Assembly: GCA_963754875.1 (NCBI GenBank)
Contig: CAVWHO010000016.1
Span: 288,001-352,000, forward strand
Direction of reading: 5' to 3'
Origin: Nitrospirota bacterium
GTDB lineage: Bacteria > Nitrospirota > UBA9217
DNA length: 64,000 nucleotides
This document shows positions 9,188 to 19,607 of this stretch, in pieces. Every line of letters begins with the position of its first letter. The stretch's first letter is position 1. The notes beneath the pieces were generated by a model. That model was not told the origin of the DNA, made no database searches, and saw nothing but the letters and a program-made list of their open reading frames with translations. The translations under genes and the position numbers were made by a program.

Positions 9188-9994
9188 TTATTTTTTGAAA
9201 ATTTCTCCAAGGAACGTCTTCATCTCTTTCCACGACTCCTCGTCGGCCTTTTTGTTGTACGCCAGTGGAATATTAAACTTCTTCCCGTAAGCAGTCGCGT
9301 CGGGATTGGTGAAGCTATGAAGTGCCCCGGGATAAGCGATGAATTTATAATCTGCCTTCGCGTCGGTCATTTCTTTCTTGAACGCCTCGATCTGTTCCGG
9401 GGTCGTGAACTTATCGTCAGCGCCGTGGAGCACGAGGACCTTTGCCTTGACCATTCCCGGTTCCGCCGGTTTGACTGCTCCCAGCATGCCATGGAAGCTG
9501 ACGACCCCTTTCAGGTCCGCACCCTGCCTCGCCATATTCAACACGACACCGCCGCCGAAACAGTAGCCGATGGCCGCGATGCGGTCGGGATCAACAGTCG
9601 GCTGTTTCTTTAACAACTCTTCCCCGGCCATGAACCGCGCTTTTGCCGTATCGAAGTGCATCATGACTTCCGAGGAGAATTTCCCAGCATCATCGGGATG
9701 CTTTGCCTGCTTTCCTTCTCCGTACATATCGACGGCAAGGGCCGTGTACCCGAGTCCGGCAAGCATCCGCGCACGCTTCCGGGCATAGTCGTTCAGGCCC
9801 CACCACTCGTGGACCACCAGAATACCGGGGGCTTTGCCCATTATTTTACTGTCATAGGCAAGGTACCCTTTCAATGTCACGCCGTCGGCCGTGTACTCGA
9901 CATTCTTTCCAACGACCTTGGCATGCGCTGATGATAATCCCATTGCCATGATCATCACTGTCACGGCAACTGCAAAAATTGTAAATCGTTTCAT
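9188..9994 (-). CDS. Dienelactone hydrolase family protein, secreted
   Basis: Signal peptide; HEWWG, GYCFGG, HSFTNP; SD AAGGAGG. Confidence 0.9.
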   Translation of the reverse strand: MKRFTIFAVAVTVMIMAMGLSSAHAKVVGKNVEYTADGVTLKGYLAYDSKIMGKAPGILVVHEWWGLNDYARKRARMLAGLGYTALAVDMYGEGKQAKHPDDAGKFSSEVMMHFDTAKARFMAGEELLKKQPTVDPDRIAAIGYCFGGGVVLNMARQGADLKGVVSFHGMLGAVKPAEPGMVKAKVLVLHGADDKFTTPEQIEAFKKEMTDAKADYKFIAYPGALHSFTNPDATAYGKKFNIPLAYNKKADEESWKEMKTFLGEIFKK

Positions 9995-10163
9995 AACCGC
10001 CTCCTTGATGTGGTTTTTGTGTGACTTAAGACATAGCACAGGAGCGAGTTGGAGCATCCTTGCCCCGCAATCTTCTTTCTCGAAGCAAAGCACCACCCAT
10101 CGCCGTGCCTCTGCGTTATCGTTTTATGACTTAATTGTACCAGAAGAGAAAAGCAGGTGGGGG

Positions 10164-10631
10164 TTACCGGTTACGCTCTTTTACGACACGTTCTACTTCG
10201 CGCTTCGATTCTTTTTCCTTGATCGTCTCTCGTTTGTCAAATGCCTTCTTGCCCTTGGCGAGACCGATCAGGACCTTGGCCTTGCCCCGCACGAAATAGA
10301 TCTTGAGCGGGATGAGCGTGAACCCTTTCTGTGTCATTTTCCAGGTAAGTTTGCGGATCTCCTCCTTGTGAAGCAGGAGCTTACGCGTCCGGAGCGGCTC
10401 GTGGTTCATGATGTTGCCGTGGGGATAAGGGCTGATGTTCGCGTTGAAAAGGAACATTTCCTCGTTCTTCACGAGGGCGTAGCTGTCCGTCAAATTCGCG
10501 AGGCCCAGGCGCAGCGACTTCACCTCCGTGCCCTGGAGCGACATTCCTGCCTCGAAGGTCTCTTCGATGAAGTAGTCGTGGTATGCCTTGCGGTTCGAGG
10601 CGACCGTGGTGTCTTTTTCTTTTTCAGCCAT
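10164..10631 (-). CDS. smpB: SsrA-binding protein
   Basis: NRKAYHDY, GTEVKSLR, RKLLLHK, KGKK.FDKR. Confidence 0.97.
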   Translation of the reverse strand: MAEKEKDTTVASNRKAYHDYFIEETFEAGMSLQGTEVKSLRLGLANLTDSYALVKNEEMFLFNANISPYPHGNIMNHEPLRTRKLLLHKEEIRKLTWKMTQKGFTLIPLKIYFVRGKAKVLIGLAKGKKAFDKRETIKEKESKREVERVVKERNR

Positions 10632-10691
10632 GGTATGAGTTATTCAGATCCCGAACGTCAAGTTCCCGGTGCAGATTCATGTCAGGACAGA

Positions 10692-11111
10692 TCAGGGGTG
10701 CAGCATTTCGATTCCGTCAATACCCTTGAAATGCTTCCGGTCAAAGGTAAAGACCGCCCGGACTTCAGCTGCTTTGGCAAAAGCGACAATCCACGCGTCG
10801 ATAAAATCGGCCGTCCCGTCCCGGTACAGAGCAATAGCGTCAGAGACGACAGGCCTGTCGCTGACGTCGACGCCGTGCGTATGCAAAATCGCGTTCAGAA
10901 GCGGCACAATCTCTCCGCGCTCGAGTTTATAAAAGCTTTGAAGCACCCAGACCAGCTCCGCGATCACCACAGAAGGAATGAGGAGCCTTACCTCGTCCTG
11001 CGCCGCCCTGATCAGAAGGCTCTTGACGTCGTTTGCCTTGGACGGATCGTCCTCGGTCAAGTAACGGACCAGAATATTGGTGTCGATGACGGCGCGCTTA
11101 CGATCGTCCAC
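10692..11111 (-). CDS. vapC: PIN-domain VapC toxin
   Basis: IDTNILVR, AELVWVL, DFIDA, TFD; overlaps the antitoxin. Confidence 0.88.
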   Translation of the reverse strand: MDDRKRAVIDTNILVRYLTEDDPSKANDVKSLLIRAAQDEVRLLIPSVVIAELVWVLQSFYKLERGEIVPLLNAILHTHGVDVSDRPVVSDAIALYRDGTADFIDAWIVAFAKAAEVRAVFTFDRKHFKGIDGIEMLHP

Positions 11112-11358
11112 CGCGCTTGCCCGCCTTTCTCCCGACATACGTTCTGGCCGTTTCCCGGACAATGTCGACGTCGGCGGATTTGGTCCGTCCCCTGAGGTAC
11201 CCTTTATAATCCAGAAGGGATTGAGCTGGCTTGATCACGATCCTGTCATCTTCCTGCTCGAAAACAACCACGCCGCCCTCCCGGAGATGAAGGAGATCCC
11301 GTACTTTTTTGGGAAGCGTAATCTGACCTTTCGACGTTATCTTCGCCGTAACCGTCAT
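11098..11358 (-). CDS. AbrB/MazE/SpoVT family antitoxin
   Basis: KITSKGQITLPK. Confidence 0.88.
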   Translation of the reverse strand: MTVTAKITSKGQITLPKKVRDLLHLREGGVVVFEQEDDRIVIKPAQSLLDYKGYLRGRTKSADVDIVRETARTYVGRKAGKRGGRS

Positions 11359-11483
11359 AGTCTGGCTCCTTACTTTTGCTCTACTTCCTTACTTATGATT
11401 GTAACCAATGCCGGGGGAATTATCAAGCGGAAAGCAGGTCGTAACTATACCGGAGTTCAAAGTGCGGACTACTCCCAAGCATC

Positions 11484-13658
11484 CTACATTAGATTCACTG
11501 GGTCGACATCAATAATCACCTTGCACTTCCTGCCGTACTTCTCTTCCACCGCCTTTTTCCCTTCGAGGGCAAGCATTCTTATCTTGTCGCGCTGCTGCGA
11601 CAGGAGCAGGAGCTGGAACCGGAATTGACCGCGCACGCGGGCGATGGGCGCCGGGGCCGGTCCGAGGAGCATGGTGTCTTTTCCCCGCATCAGGTGACGG
11701 ATGCGGTTCTGGGCCGTCGTCGCCGCCTCCGACGCCTGCTCTTCTTTCGGGCTTTTGACCTCGATTTTGATGATCCTGCCTATAGGAGGATAGTGAAGTT
11801 CCTTGCGGAAAACGATCTCTTCGTCATAAAACCCCTCGTAGTCGTGGGTCGTGCTGTGTCGGATTGAATAGTGGTTCGGGTTCATGGTCTGGATGACCAC
11901 CTCGCCGCCCAATTCGCCCCTGCCTGCCCTGCCTGCTGCCTGGGTGATGAGCTGAAACGTCTTTTCCGCGGACCGGAAATCAGGCAAATTCAGGCCCACG
12001 TCCGCATCAATGACGCCCACGAGCGTTACAGCGGGAAAGTCATGGCCTTTTGCGATCATCTGCGTCCCGAGAAGGATGTCCACTTCCCGTTGGTCCACCT
12101 GACGTAATAATTTTTCGTAGGCATCTCTCCCCTTGACCGAGTCGCTGTCCATGCGTCTAAGCCGCGCGTCGGGAAAAAGCGCCTGCAGTTCTTCTTCGAT
12201 TTTCTGGGTTCCGGAACCGATCAGTTTCAGTTCGATACCCTGGCATGAGGGGCACCTGTCCGGAGGCTGCGAAAAAAAACCGCAGTAATGGCATTTGAGC
12301 TTCCCTTCGCTCTTATGAAAAGTGAGCGATACACTGCAGCTCGGGCATCTGATGGCTGTTCCGCAGTCCCGGCAGATGAGTACCGATGAAAATCCCCGGC
12401 GGTTCAGAAGGAGCAGCGTCTGTTCGTTCTTTTCAAGCCGCTTCTTGATGTCTTCGATGAGCCTCGGTGAATAGAGATTGTTTCTCGGGAGCGTCTTGAC
12501 ATCGATGATCAGCACGTCGGGCATGGGGCGATGGTCCACCCTGTTCGCCAGCCGGAGATAGCGATACTTTCCGTTCTTCGCATTGTAAAAGCTCTCCAGG
12601 GACGGCGTGGCGGAGCCGAGCACGGCAACGGCATTCTCGAACTTGGCCCGCACGATTGCCACGTCCCGGGCATGATAGCGGAGCCCTTCGTCCTGCTTGT
12701 AGGAGTTCTCGTGCTCTTCGTCGACGATGATGAGCCCGAGTTTTGCAAAAGGCGCAAAGATCGCGGACCGCGCACCGACGGCCACGTCCACCTGGCCTGC
12801 CTGGATGCGGCGATACTCGTCGGCTCGCTCCCGGTCGGTGAGGCCGCTGTGCAGGACTGCCACGCGGTCCCCGAAGCGGCCGCGGAACCTGTTCAAGAGC
12901 TGCGGAGTGAGGGCGATCTCCGGAACGAGCACGATGGCGCCCTTGCCGGTCCCTGCCAGTCCTGCAATCGCGCGAAGATAGACCTCGGTCTTGCCGCTCC
13001 CGGTAACGCCGTGAAGAAGATAGACTGCGAAAGTTTCACTGGCAAGCGTTTCATGGATTCTGGCTACTGCTTCTCCCTGCTCGGCCATAAGCTCGGGAGA
13101 TGTTGTGAGCAGGACCTTGTCCTGCTGTGCAGCCGGTGCTTCCTGTTCGAAGATTTCGATATGACCCGCGTGAGCGAGCGATTTGATCGTTGCCGACGAA
13201 AATCCCGTTAACCTGTCAATCGCTGTCTCGCCCTGCTCCCTCAGCACATCGAGCAAGGCAATCTGCTTCTTCCCCTTCACCCGTTCCTTGTCCGGGGCCG
13301 AGGCCGGCACGAGGCGGATGAATTTTTGCATTTTCGGTTTCGCACGGCCCACGGCTTTCGGCACAACAGCCTCAATGGTCTGGCCGAGCGGGTGCAGGTA
13401 GTAGTCCGCCATCCAGCGGGCAAGAGCGAGGAGTTCGGGAGAGAGCGGGTTGTCGAGGATTTCGATGACGGACTTCAGGCCTGCGACGTCAGCCCTGGCC
13501 GGGAATCCGACGACTGTGCCGATGATGCGCCTGCTGCCGAAGGGGACGAGCACGCGCGTACCGGGCGCAAGGGTGCCCTTCATCTCTTCCGGGGCACGAT
13601 AGTGAAATGTTTTGTTTACGGAAACACCGACGGCTATATCAACGACGAGGTCGGTCAT
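11484..13658 (-). CDS. priA: Primosomal protein N'
   Basis: GVTGSGKT, DEEH, four CxxC, GTQMIAKGHDF. Confidence 0.97.
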   Translation of the reverse strand: MTDLVVDIAVGVSVNKTFHYRAPEEMKGTLAPGTRVLVPFGSRRIIGTVVGFPARADVAGLKSVIEILDNPLSPELLALARWMADYYLHPLGQTIEAVVPKAVGRAKPKMQKFIRLVPASAPDKERVKGKKQIALLDVLREQGETAIDRLTGFSSATIKSLAHAGHIEIFEQEAPAAQQDKVLLTTSPELMAEQGEAVARIHETLASETFAVYLLHGVTGSGKTEVYLRAIAGLAGTGKGAIVLVPEIALTPQLLNRFRGRFGDRVAVLHSGLTDRERADEYRRIQAGQVDVAVGARSAIFAPFAKLGLIIVDEEHENSYKQDEGLRYHARDVAIVRAKFENAVAVLGSATPSLESFYNAKNGKYRYLRLANRVDHRPMPDVLIIDVKTLPRNNLYSPRLIEDIKKRLEKNEQTLLLLNRRGFSSVLICRDCGTAIRCPSCSVSLTFHKSEGKLKCHYCGFFSQPPDRCPSCQGIELKLIGSGTQKIEEELQALFPDARLRRMDSDSVKGRDAYEKLLRQVDQREVDILLGTQMIAKGHDFPAVTLVGVIDADVGLNLPDFRSAEKTFQLITQAAGRAGRGELGGEVVIQTMNPNHYSIRHSTTHDYEGFYDEEIVFRKELHYPPIGRIIKIEVKSPKEEQASEAATTAQNRIRHLMRGKDTMLLGPAPAPIARVRGQFRFQLLLLSQQRDKIRMLALEGKKAVEEKYGRKCKVIIDVDPVNLM

Positions 13659-13676
13659 GGGGTATGATCACGGCGG

Positions 13677-14229
13677 TCAGGAATCCAGGGGCAAGGATAA
13701 CTTTTCCGGTTTCTGACTTTTGTCTTCGGTCTTTTGCTGTTTTTCTGCAGGGATGTCTTTCACCGTCTTCGTTTCCTTGTTGTTCAGGATGTCCTTCAGC
13801 TCGCTCATGAACTCGTTGATGTCCCGGAACGAGCGGTACACCGAGGCGAACCGCACGTAGGCCACCTCGTCGAGTCCGTGGAGCCGTTCCATCACTTCTT
13901 CGCCGATGGCAGTGCTCGGGATCTCCTTGAACCCTTTTTCCTGGAGCGCTTTCTCGATCTCATCGACGGTCTTCTTCGAGCACGTCCAAGCTGATCGGCC
14001 GCTTCTCGCAAGCCTTCTTGAGGCCGTTCAGGATCTTGATGCGGTCGAAAGGCTCGCGCCTGCCGTCCTTTTTTATGACCGACGGCAGCACATCTTCGAC
14101 GCGCTCATAGGTCGTGAACCTGCCCCCGCACATGAGACATTCACGCCTCCTTCGGATGGAATCCCCTTCCTTTCCCATCCGTGAGTCGACGACTTTGTTG
14201 TCCATACTGGAACAATGGGGACAGCGCAT
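13677..14229 (-). CDS. nrdR: Transcriptional repressor NrdR (one +1 frameshift near 13970)
   Basis: MRCPHC..RRRREC..RFTTYE; C-terminal [10 protein letters not shown] in another frame. Confidence 0.9.
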
Positions 14230-14247
14230 AAATCTCCGCAAAAGAAC

Positions 14248-14322
14248 GACGGGTGATAGACGATGGACGCTTCTGGACGATGCGTTTGCGCCTCTTTCGT
14301 CCTTCGTCACTCGTCTCGCGTC
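14248..14322. repeat. Bipartite inverted heptamer array (GGACGAT / TCGTCCT family)
   Basis: agacgat ggacgct ... tcgtcct tcgtcac tcgtctc gcgtcac. Confidence 0.6.
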
Positions 14323-14779
14323 ACTGTTTTTTATACTGCGTGATCTTGATGCCGGACTCTTTCAGCATCTCGGCGGCGAGCGCGTCGGGGTAACCGTCCT
14401 CAAAGATGAGGTGTTTGACGCCCGCGTTGATGATCATTTTGGCGCAGATGCCGCAGGGTTGGTTCGTGCAGTAGAGCGTCGCGCCGTCGATGTTCGTCCC
14501 GTGCTTGGCGGCCTGAATGATGGCGTTCTGTTCGGCGTGGAGGCCCCGGCAGATCTCGTGCCGTTCGCCGGAGGGGATGCCCATCTGCTCACGCAGGCAC
14601 CCGCGGTCGAGGCAGTGCGTAATGCCGGAGGGCGTGCCGTTGTAGCCCGTGGCAAGAATGTTCTTGTCCTTGACGATCACGGCTCCCACCTGGCGGCGAA
14701 GGCAGGTGGCGCGCTTCTTCACCAGGTGTGCAATTTCCATGAAATATTCGTCCCACGAAGGGCGGGTATGTTTATCCAT
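14321..14779 (-). CDS. dCMP/cytidine deaminase family protein (ComEB-like)
   Basis: HAEQNAI and PCGIC zinc motifs; GYNG. Confidence 0.92.
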   Translation of the reverse strand: MDKHTRPSWDEYFMEIAHLVKKRATCLRRQVGAVIVKDKNILATGYNGTPSGITHCLDRGCLREQMGIPSGERHEICRGLHAEQNAIIQAAKHGTNIDGATLYCTNQPCGICAKMIINAGVKHLIFEDGYPDALAAEMLKESGIKITQYKKQ

Positions 14780-14829
14780 AATTCACCTTTGCTACTGAAG
14801 CACTGAGACATGAAAGAAACAAACATTTT

Positions 14830-14895
14830 TAACAGGATAACAGGATGAAATCTGATTAAGGCTCCAAGCCAAATCTTGTTAATCCTGTGATCCCG
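14830..14895. repeat. Inverted short-repeat array (ACAGGAT / ATCCTGT family)
   Basis: aacaggataacaggat ... atcttgttaatcctgtgatccc. Confidence 0.5.
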
Positions 14896-14933
14896 CCGAA
14901 GAGAATTCAGCTTTCCTCTCTGCAGTAAGTAAT

Positions 14934-16187
14934 TTATACCTGTACTTTTTCCATCGCGAACATCGGGAACTTGCTGCAGAACGCCTTGGTCCGTTCCTTG
15001 ATCGCGGCGAGCTTTTCCAAGGAATGGCCGTTGGCGAGCGTGTCGCAGATGAGATCGCCGACCACCTTCATGTCGGCCTCGCGCATGCCGCGCGTTGTCA
15101 CGATCGGCGTGCCGAGCCTGATGCCGCTCGTCGTGACCGGCGGCTTCTGATCGAAGGGGATGCTGTTCTTGTTGCACGTGATGCCCGCCGCATCGAGCCA
15201 GGTTTCGGCGTCCTTGCCCGTGATGTTCTTGGGAGTGAGGTCCACGAGCATGAGATGGTTTTCCGTGGTGCCCGAAACAATGCGGAACCCGTCTCCCGTC
15301 AGGCGCTTTGCCAACGCCTGCGCGTTTTTCTTCACCTGACGCTGGTAGTCCTTGAACTCGGGAGCAAGTGCTTCCTTGAACGAGACCGCCTTGGCCGCGA
15401 TCACGTGGACAAGCGGCCCTCCCTGGATGCCCGGGAAAATGACCTTGTCCACGGCTTTGCCGAACTTCTCTTTGCACATGATCATGCCGCCGCGCGGGCC
15501 GCGCAGGGTTTTGTGCGTCGTCGTGGTGACGAAGTCGGCCACAGGCACCGGGTTCGGGTGTTCATCCGCCGCGACCAGTCCTGCTATGTGCGCGATGTCG
15601 GCCATCAGGTACGCGCCGACCTTGTCCGCGATCTTCCGGAACCGGGCGAAGTCGAGGATCCTCGAATAGGCGCTGTAGCCGCACACGATCATCTTGGGTT
15701 TGTGCTCGACAGCCAGCCGCTCAACCTCGTCGTAATCGAGGAGTTCGGTTTTCTTGTCCACGCCGTAGGAAAAAGATTTGTAGAGCTGGCCCGAGAAACT
15801 GACGCTTGCCCCGTGGGTCAAATGTCCGCCGTGCGGGAGCCCCATGCCGAGGATCGTGTCTCCCGGCTGGAGCACGCTGAAGTAGACGGCCATGTTCGCC
15901 GAGGAACCGGAATGGGGCTGCACATTCACGTGCTCAGCGCCGAACAGCTGCTTAGCCCGCTCGATCGCCAGCGTTTCCACGGCATCCGCGAACTGGCACC
16001 CGCCGTAGTAGCGGCGGTTCGGGTAGCCTTCCGCGTATTTATTAGTAAACACCGAGCCCTGCGCTTCGAGCACGGCATTGCTCACGTAATTCTCTGATGC
16101 GATGAGAACGATCTTGGAGAGCTCGCGCTCCTCCTCGCCTTTGATCGCGTTGTAGACTTCGGGGTCCGTTTCTTTCAGTTCTGACAT
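14934..16187 (-). CDS. glyA: Serine hydroxymethyltransferase
   Basis: [26 protein letters not shown]. Confidence 0.97.
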   Translation of the reverse strand: MSELKETDPEVYNAIKGEEERELSKIVLIASENYVSNAVLEAQGSVFTNKYAEGYPNRRYYGGCQFADAVETLAIERAKQLFGAEHVNVQPHSGSSANMAVYFSVLQPGDTILGMGLPHGGHLTHGASVSFSGQLYKSFSYGVDKKTELLDYDEVERLAVEHKPKMIVCGYSAYSRILDFARFRKIADKVGAYLMADIAHIAGLVAADEHPNPVPVADFVTTTTHKTLRGPRGGMIMCKEKFGKAVDKVIFPGIQGGPLVHVIAAKAVSFKEALAPEFKDYQRQVKKNAQALAKRLTGDGFRIVSGTTENHLMLVDLTPKNITGKDAETWLDAAGITCNKNSIPFDQKPPVTTSGIRLGTPIVTTRGMREADMKVVGDLICDTLANGHSLEKLAAIKERTKAFCSKFPMFAMEKVQV

Positions 16188-16393
16188 GGTGTTGTCCTTT
16201 TTATCCTGAGAAAACATGCAACCACGGATGAACACGGATGCGGCGTTGCCGCACGCACGGGAAAGGTTCCAGGATTTTAAAGCCAAGGCCTTGGTTCTAT
16301 CCGTGTGGCGAAGCCCCGTGTGAGCGCCCGCCCCGGTTCACAATCAGCATATGACGCGGGCCGGGGAAGCTCCTGTGGTTATCGCTGCTTGTT

Positions 16394-16846
16394 CTACAGG
16401 TTGAGTGATTTTTCGATGTCGCGTATCTTGTCGAGCCGCTTCTGGTGCCTGCCGCCGGCGAACTCCGTATCGAGCCAGGTCTTCGCGATCTCCAGGGCCA
16501 CGCCCTTGCCGATGACCCGCTCGCCCATGACGAGGACGTTCGCGTCGTTGTGCTCACGGCTCATCTGCGCTGTGAAGTGATCATGGCAGAGCGCGGCGCG
16601 CACGTTGGGGTAACGGTTCGCCACGATCGACATGCCGATGCCGGTGCCGCAGATCAAAATGCCACGGTCCATCGCGCCCTTTGACACGGCCTCGGCCACC
16701 TTGGCGCCGAAATCCGGGTAATCAACGGACTCCTTCCCTGCAGGCCCGAAATCAGAGACCTGGATATTGGCTACCGTCTTGATGAATTTGAGGATTTCTT
16801 CCTTGAGTTCAAAGCCGCCGTGATCGCAGCCGATCGCCAGTTTCAT
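16394..16846 (-). CDS. rpiB: Ribose-5-phosphate isomerase B
   Basis: DHGG, CGTGIG, HNDAN, GGRH. Confidence 0.95.
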   Translation of the reverse strand: MKLAIGCDHGGFELKEEILKFIKTVANIQVSDFGPAGKESVDYPDFGAKVAEAVSKGAMDRGILICGTGIGMSIVANRYPNVRAALCHDHFTAQMSREHNDANVLVMGERVIGKGVALEIAKTWLDTEFAGGRHQKRLDKIRDIEKSLNL

Positions 16847-16934
16847 GCACTGCCCGCCTTTCCGGTGAAAGTGATATTAACATCTCAGCTGTTTTTGTGT
16901 CAAGGAAAATACCCGGGGGAAATACTCATGTCCG

Positions 16935-17000
16935 GTAGCCGCAGGCTGAAGCCCGGTTGATTATGAAGGGATTTCGCACACCCTGAGCGGCGCGGCTGCC
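16935..17000. repeat. Degenerate GTAG-family REP doublet
   Basis: GTAGCCGCAGGCTGAAGCCCG ... CACCCTGAGCGGCGCGGCTGCC, inverted ends. Confidence 0.5.
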
Positions 17001-17009
17001 TGCCGGATG

Positions 17010-17780
17010 TTAGAGAAACTCGTATACGATCATGCTGAGCACTGCCACTGCAGCAGTCTCGGTACGGAGGATGTTCGGCCCCAGGCTGACGAGATGGAAG
17101 CCCTTGTCTTGCGCCGCCATTGCCTCGGCTGACGAATACCCGCCTTCAGGCCCGATGAGGACGACAACGTCCTGCGCTTCAGGATTCTGACGCAGGATAT
17201 TTTTGATAGGCTCGGTCCCCTCTTCCCAGGGAAGCAGTAACAGGGGCCGGGGTTCAGGGACTGGTGATGCGGGGTCAAGGGTCAAGGGGCCGGGGGCCAG
17301 GGAAGAAATAAAATCACGGAATGAACGGATCTGTTCTACTTGCGGTATGTTAGTCCTGTTGCTCTGCATGGCCGCTTCCCGGGCGATCTTCTGCCACCGG
17401 CTAATGCGCTTCTCTTCGTCTTTGACCTTTACGATCGTTCGTTCGGTGATGATCGGAGCAATTACGGCGACACCTAGTTCCGTGGCTTTCTGCACGATAA
17501 AATCCATTTTATCTGATTTGGGCAGGCCTTGTCCGAGAGTAATCCGAAGATTAGGAAGCTCTTCTTCCGACTGGTTCACGATCTCCGTTTTGATATCAGA
17601 TCTGCCGATAGTAACGATCTCGACCGTATACTCGGTCCCCTTACCGTCGCACAGCAGGAGTTCCTCGCCCGGCTTCATACGCATGACCATCGCGATATGC
17701 CGGACGTCTTCGCCGGCGATCGTAATAGCGTTGCCGGAGACCTGGTTGGGCGATATGAAAAACCGGGGAAGTCTAGACAT
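17010..17780 (-). CDS. rsmE: 16S rRNA m3U1498 methyltransferase
   Basis: KATELG, EAAMQS, IGPEGG, LGPNILRTETA. Confidence 0.95.
   Translation of the reverse strand: MSRLPRFFISPNQVSGNAITIAGEDVRHIAMVMRMKPGEELLLCDGKGTEYTVEIVTIGRSDIKTEIVNQSEEELPNLRITLGQGLPKSDKMDFIVQKATELGVAVIAPIITERTIVKVKDEEKRISRWQKIAREAAMQSNRTNIPQVEQIRSFRDFISSLAPGPLTLDPASPVPEPRPLLLLPWEEGTEPIKNILRQNPEAQDVVVLIGPEGGYSSAEAMAAQDKGFHLVSLGPNILRTETAAVAVLSMIVYEFL
17240..17302 (-). repeat. Nine degenerate heptamers (63 nt) in-frame inside rsmE
   Basis: CCCTGGC CCCCGGC CCCTTGA CCCTTGA CCCCGCA TCACCAG TCCCTGA ACCCCGG CCCCTGT. Confidence 0.65.
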
Positions 17781-17848
17781 AGGACATAGGTCTTAGTGCA
17801 AAGCGCAGAGTTCAACGTACGAAGGCTGTGTTACAGAACGCCTCATGC

Positions 17849-17920
17849 CGTCATTCCGGACTCGATCCGGAATCCAGTTATTTTTAGAACCTCTGGATTC
17901 CTGCCTTCGCAGGAATGACG
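17849..17920. repeat. CGTC-family palindromic REP doublet
   Basis: CGTCATTCCGGACTCGATCCGGAATCCAG...CTGGATTCCTGCCTTCGCAGGAATGACG. Confidence 0.75.
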
Positions 17921-18015
17921 AACGAAGCGACCACTTTTTTCCTCAGATCTTCGAGTCCTCTGCCACCCGGCGTTTACGAGTGCATGCGAGAGTGCAGGGT
18001 TCGGTAAATTACTTC

Positions 18016-19530
18016 TCAGCTCTTCGGCTTCGGCCCTTCCTGCTTCCCTCTTCTGCCGCTTCTCCGCCTGCGCCGCATCGGCCGTGCTTTGTGCCCGGCT
18101 CTTTTCTGCTTTTCCTTTTCCTCGCTGCGCTCCTCGCCGGCTGGGACCGGATTGGCCTTGATAAAATCCTTCCACCAGGACCGAAGCTCTTTCCGTTCGC
18201 CCGTGACCTCGCTGGTAAAACGCAGATACTCATAGGCGTCTTCAAAACCCGGCCGCCGCAGGAAGTAGCGGGGATGCCGCCCCTCCCGCTTCTCGAACCG
18301 GTGCTGGTTCCAGTACATGTCTCGCATCGGCAAGCCGACCTTTCGCGGGATCATCACTCGCCGCGCCTGCTCGGAAAGGGACTCTGCAACTGCCTTCGTC
18401 ATGGCGTCCAGCGCAGGGGAACCGGATTCCATAAGAGCAGCGGATTTTCCCTCGATGTACTGGCCGAACATCAGGCCGAAAAGGATATGGGGCTCTACCT
18501 TCCGGCCTGCTTGCACGCACGTATCGACCCATTCCAGGGCCTTGCCGATCCATATGTGCGGGAAACCGCTTTCCTCGGTATCCACCCATTCATTGAGACG
18601 CGGAAAGATCACTCCAAAGAGTCCGGTCTTGCGCAGGAGCTGGTAAGTCTTTTCTCCCTCGCCGAGCAGGAAGAGCTTCAGCACTTCTTCGTACATGCGC
18701 GCGGGCGAGGCGAGCGCCACCTTGTCCTTCAGCTCGAGCATGGCATTATACGTTTTCTCTTCGATCTCGAACCCGAGCATGGCGGCAAAACGCACGGCGC
18801 GCACCATTCGCACGGGGTCCTCGGTGAACCTTATGAGAGGATCGCCGATGGTCCGGATGAGCCCGTTTCGCAGGTCTTGCATGCCTCCGACATAATCGAT
18901 GACCGAGAAATCAGCGATGCTATAGAAAAGGGCGTTTACCGTGAAGTCACGCCTGAGGGCATCTTCTTCGGGTGTACCGAAGACATTGTCGCGAAGGATC
19001 ATGCCGCCCTCGGTCTTGAGCATGCGTGGAGTACGGGGTTTGGCGGGGACTGCTGCGGAAACCGCACCAGCCAGGGCTTCCGGTTCAACCGCCGAAGGCT
19101 GCATCGTGCCTTGTCCAGGCGGTTCGGAGGAAGTCGGCGCTTCCCGTCCTGTTTGTCCGGGGACGAGGACCGGCGGTACCTGCTCAACAGGCACTTCCGC
19201 TGCCTCTGCTTCTTCCGGGGCATTGGAGCGAAAGGTGGCGACCTCGATAATTTCGTCGTGGAAGTGGATATGGGCCAGGCGAAAACGCCTGCCGATGAGC
19301 CGGCAGTTGCGGAAGATTTTCTTCACCTCGTGCGGCTTGGCGTCCGTGGCAATGTCGAAGTCCTTCGGCTCGCGCCCGAGCAGGAGGTCGCGCACACCGC
19401 CGCCGACGAGGTAGGCATAGTATCCCTGCTCTTTCAGACGATAGAGTACCCGGACTGCGTTAGGACTGATCCACTTGCGTGAGATGTCGTGTTCATTTCG
19501 GGGGGTGATTGCAGGTTGAATAGGACTCAC
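18016..19530 (-). CDS. pcnB: Poly(A) polymerase I
   Basis: GGGVRD..DFD, PAP signature LIGRRFRLAHI, RRDFTVNA, EDPVR, Arg-rich tail; start uncertain (19530 or 19548). Confidence 0.9.
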   Translation of the reverse strand: MSPIQPAITPRNEHDISRKWISPNAVRVLYRLKEQGYYAYLVGGGVRDLLLGREPKDFDIATDAKPHEVKKIFRNCRLIGRRFRLAHIHFHDEIIEVATFRSNAPEEAEAAEVPVEQVPPVLVPGQTGREAPTSSEPPGQGTMQPSAVEPEALAGAVSAAVPAKPRTPRMLKTEGGMILRDNVFGTPEEDALRRDFTVNALFYSIADFSVIDYVGGMQDLRNGLIRTIGDPLIRFTEDPVRMVRAVRFAAMLGFEIEEKTYNAMLELKDKVALASPARMYEEVLKLFLLGEGEKTYQLLRKTGLFGVIFPRLNEWVDTEESGFPHIWIGKALEWVDTCVQAGRKVEPHILFGLMFGQYIEGKSAALMESGSPALDAMTKAVAESLSEQARRVMIPRKVGLPMRDMYWNQHRFEKREGRHPRYFLRRPGFEDAYEYLRFTSEVTGERKELRSWWKDFIKANPVPAGEERSEEKEKQKRAGHKARPMRRRRRSGRRGKQEGPKPKS

Positions 19531-19607
19531 GGGAAGGTATACTATCACACCAGGGTAGGGAAGGTAAAGGGGGAAGTGCAGGAAAGGCCGTAGGACAGGG
19601 GCTCTTG

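Noticed and set aside
9995..10690. tmRNA or integration site beside smpB
   Set aside because: No tRNA-like ends or tag reading frame seen.
17845..19482. 545-aa plus-strand ORF, and similar long ORFs at 3092, 9891, 15024 and 60367
   Set aside because: Antisense shadows of well-supported GC-rich genes; no recognisable motifs.
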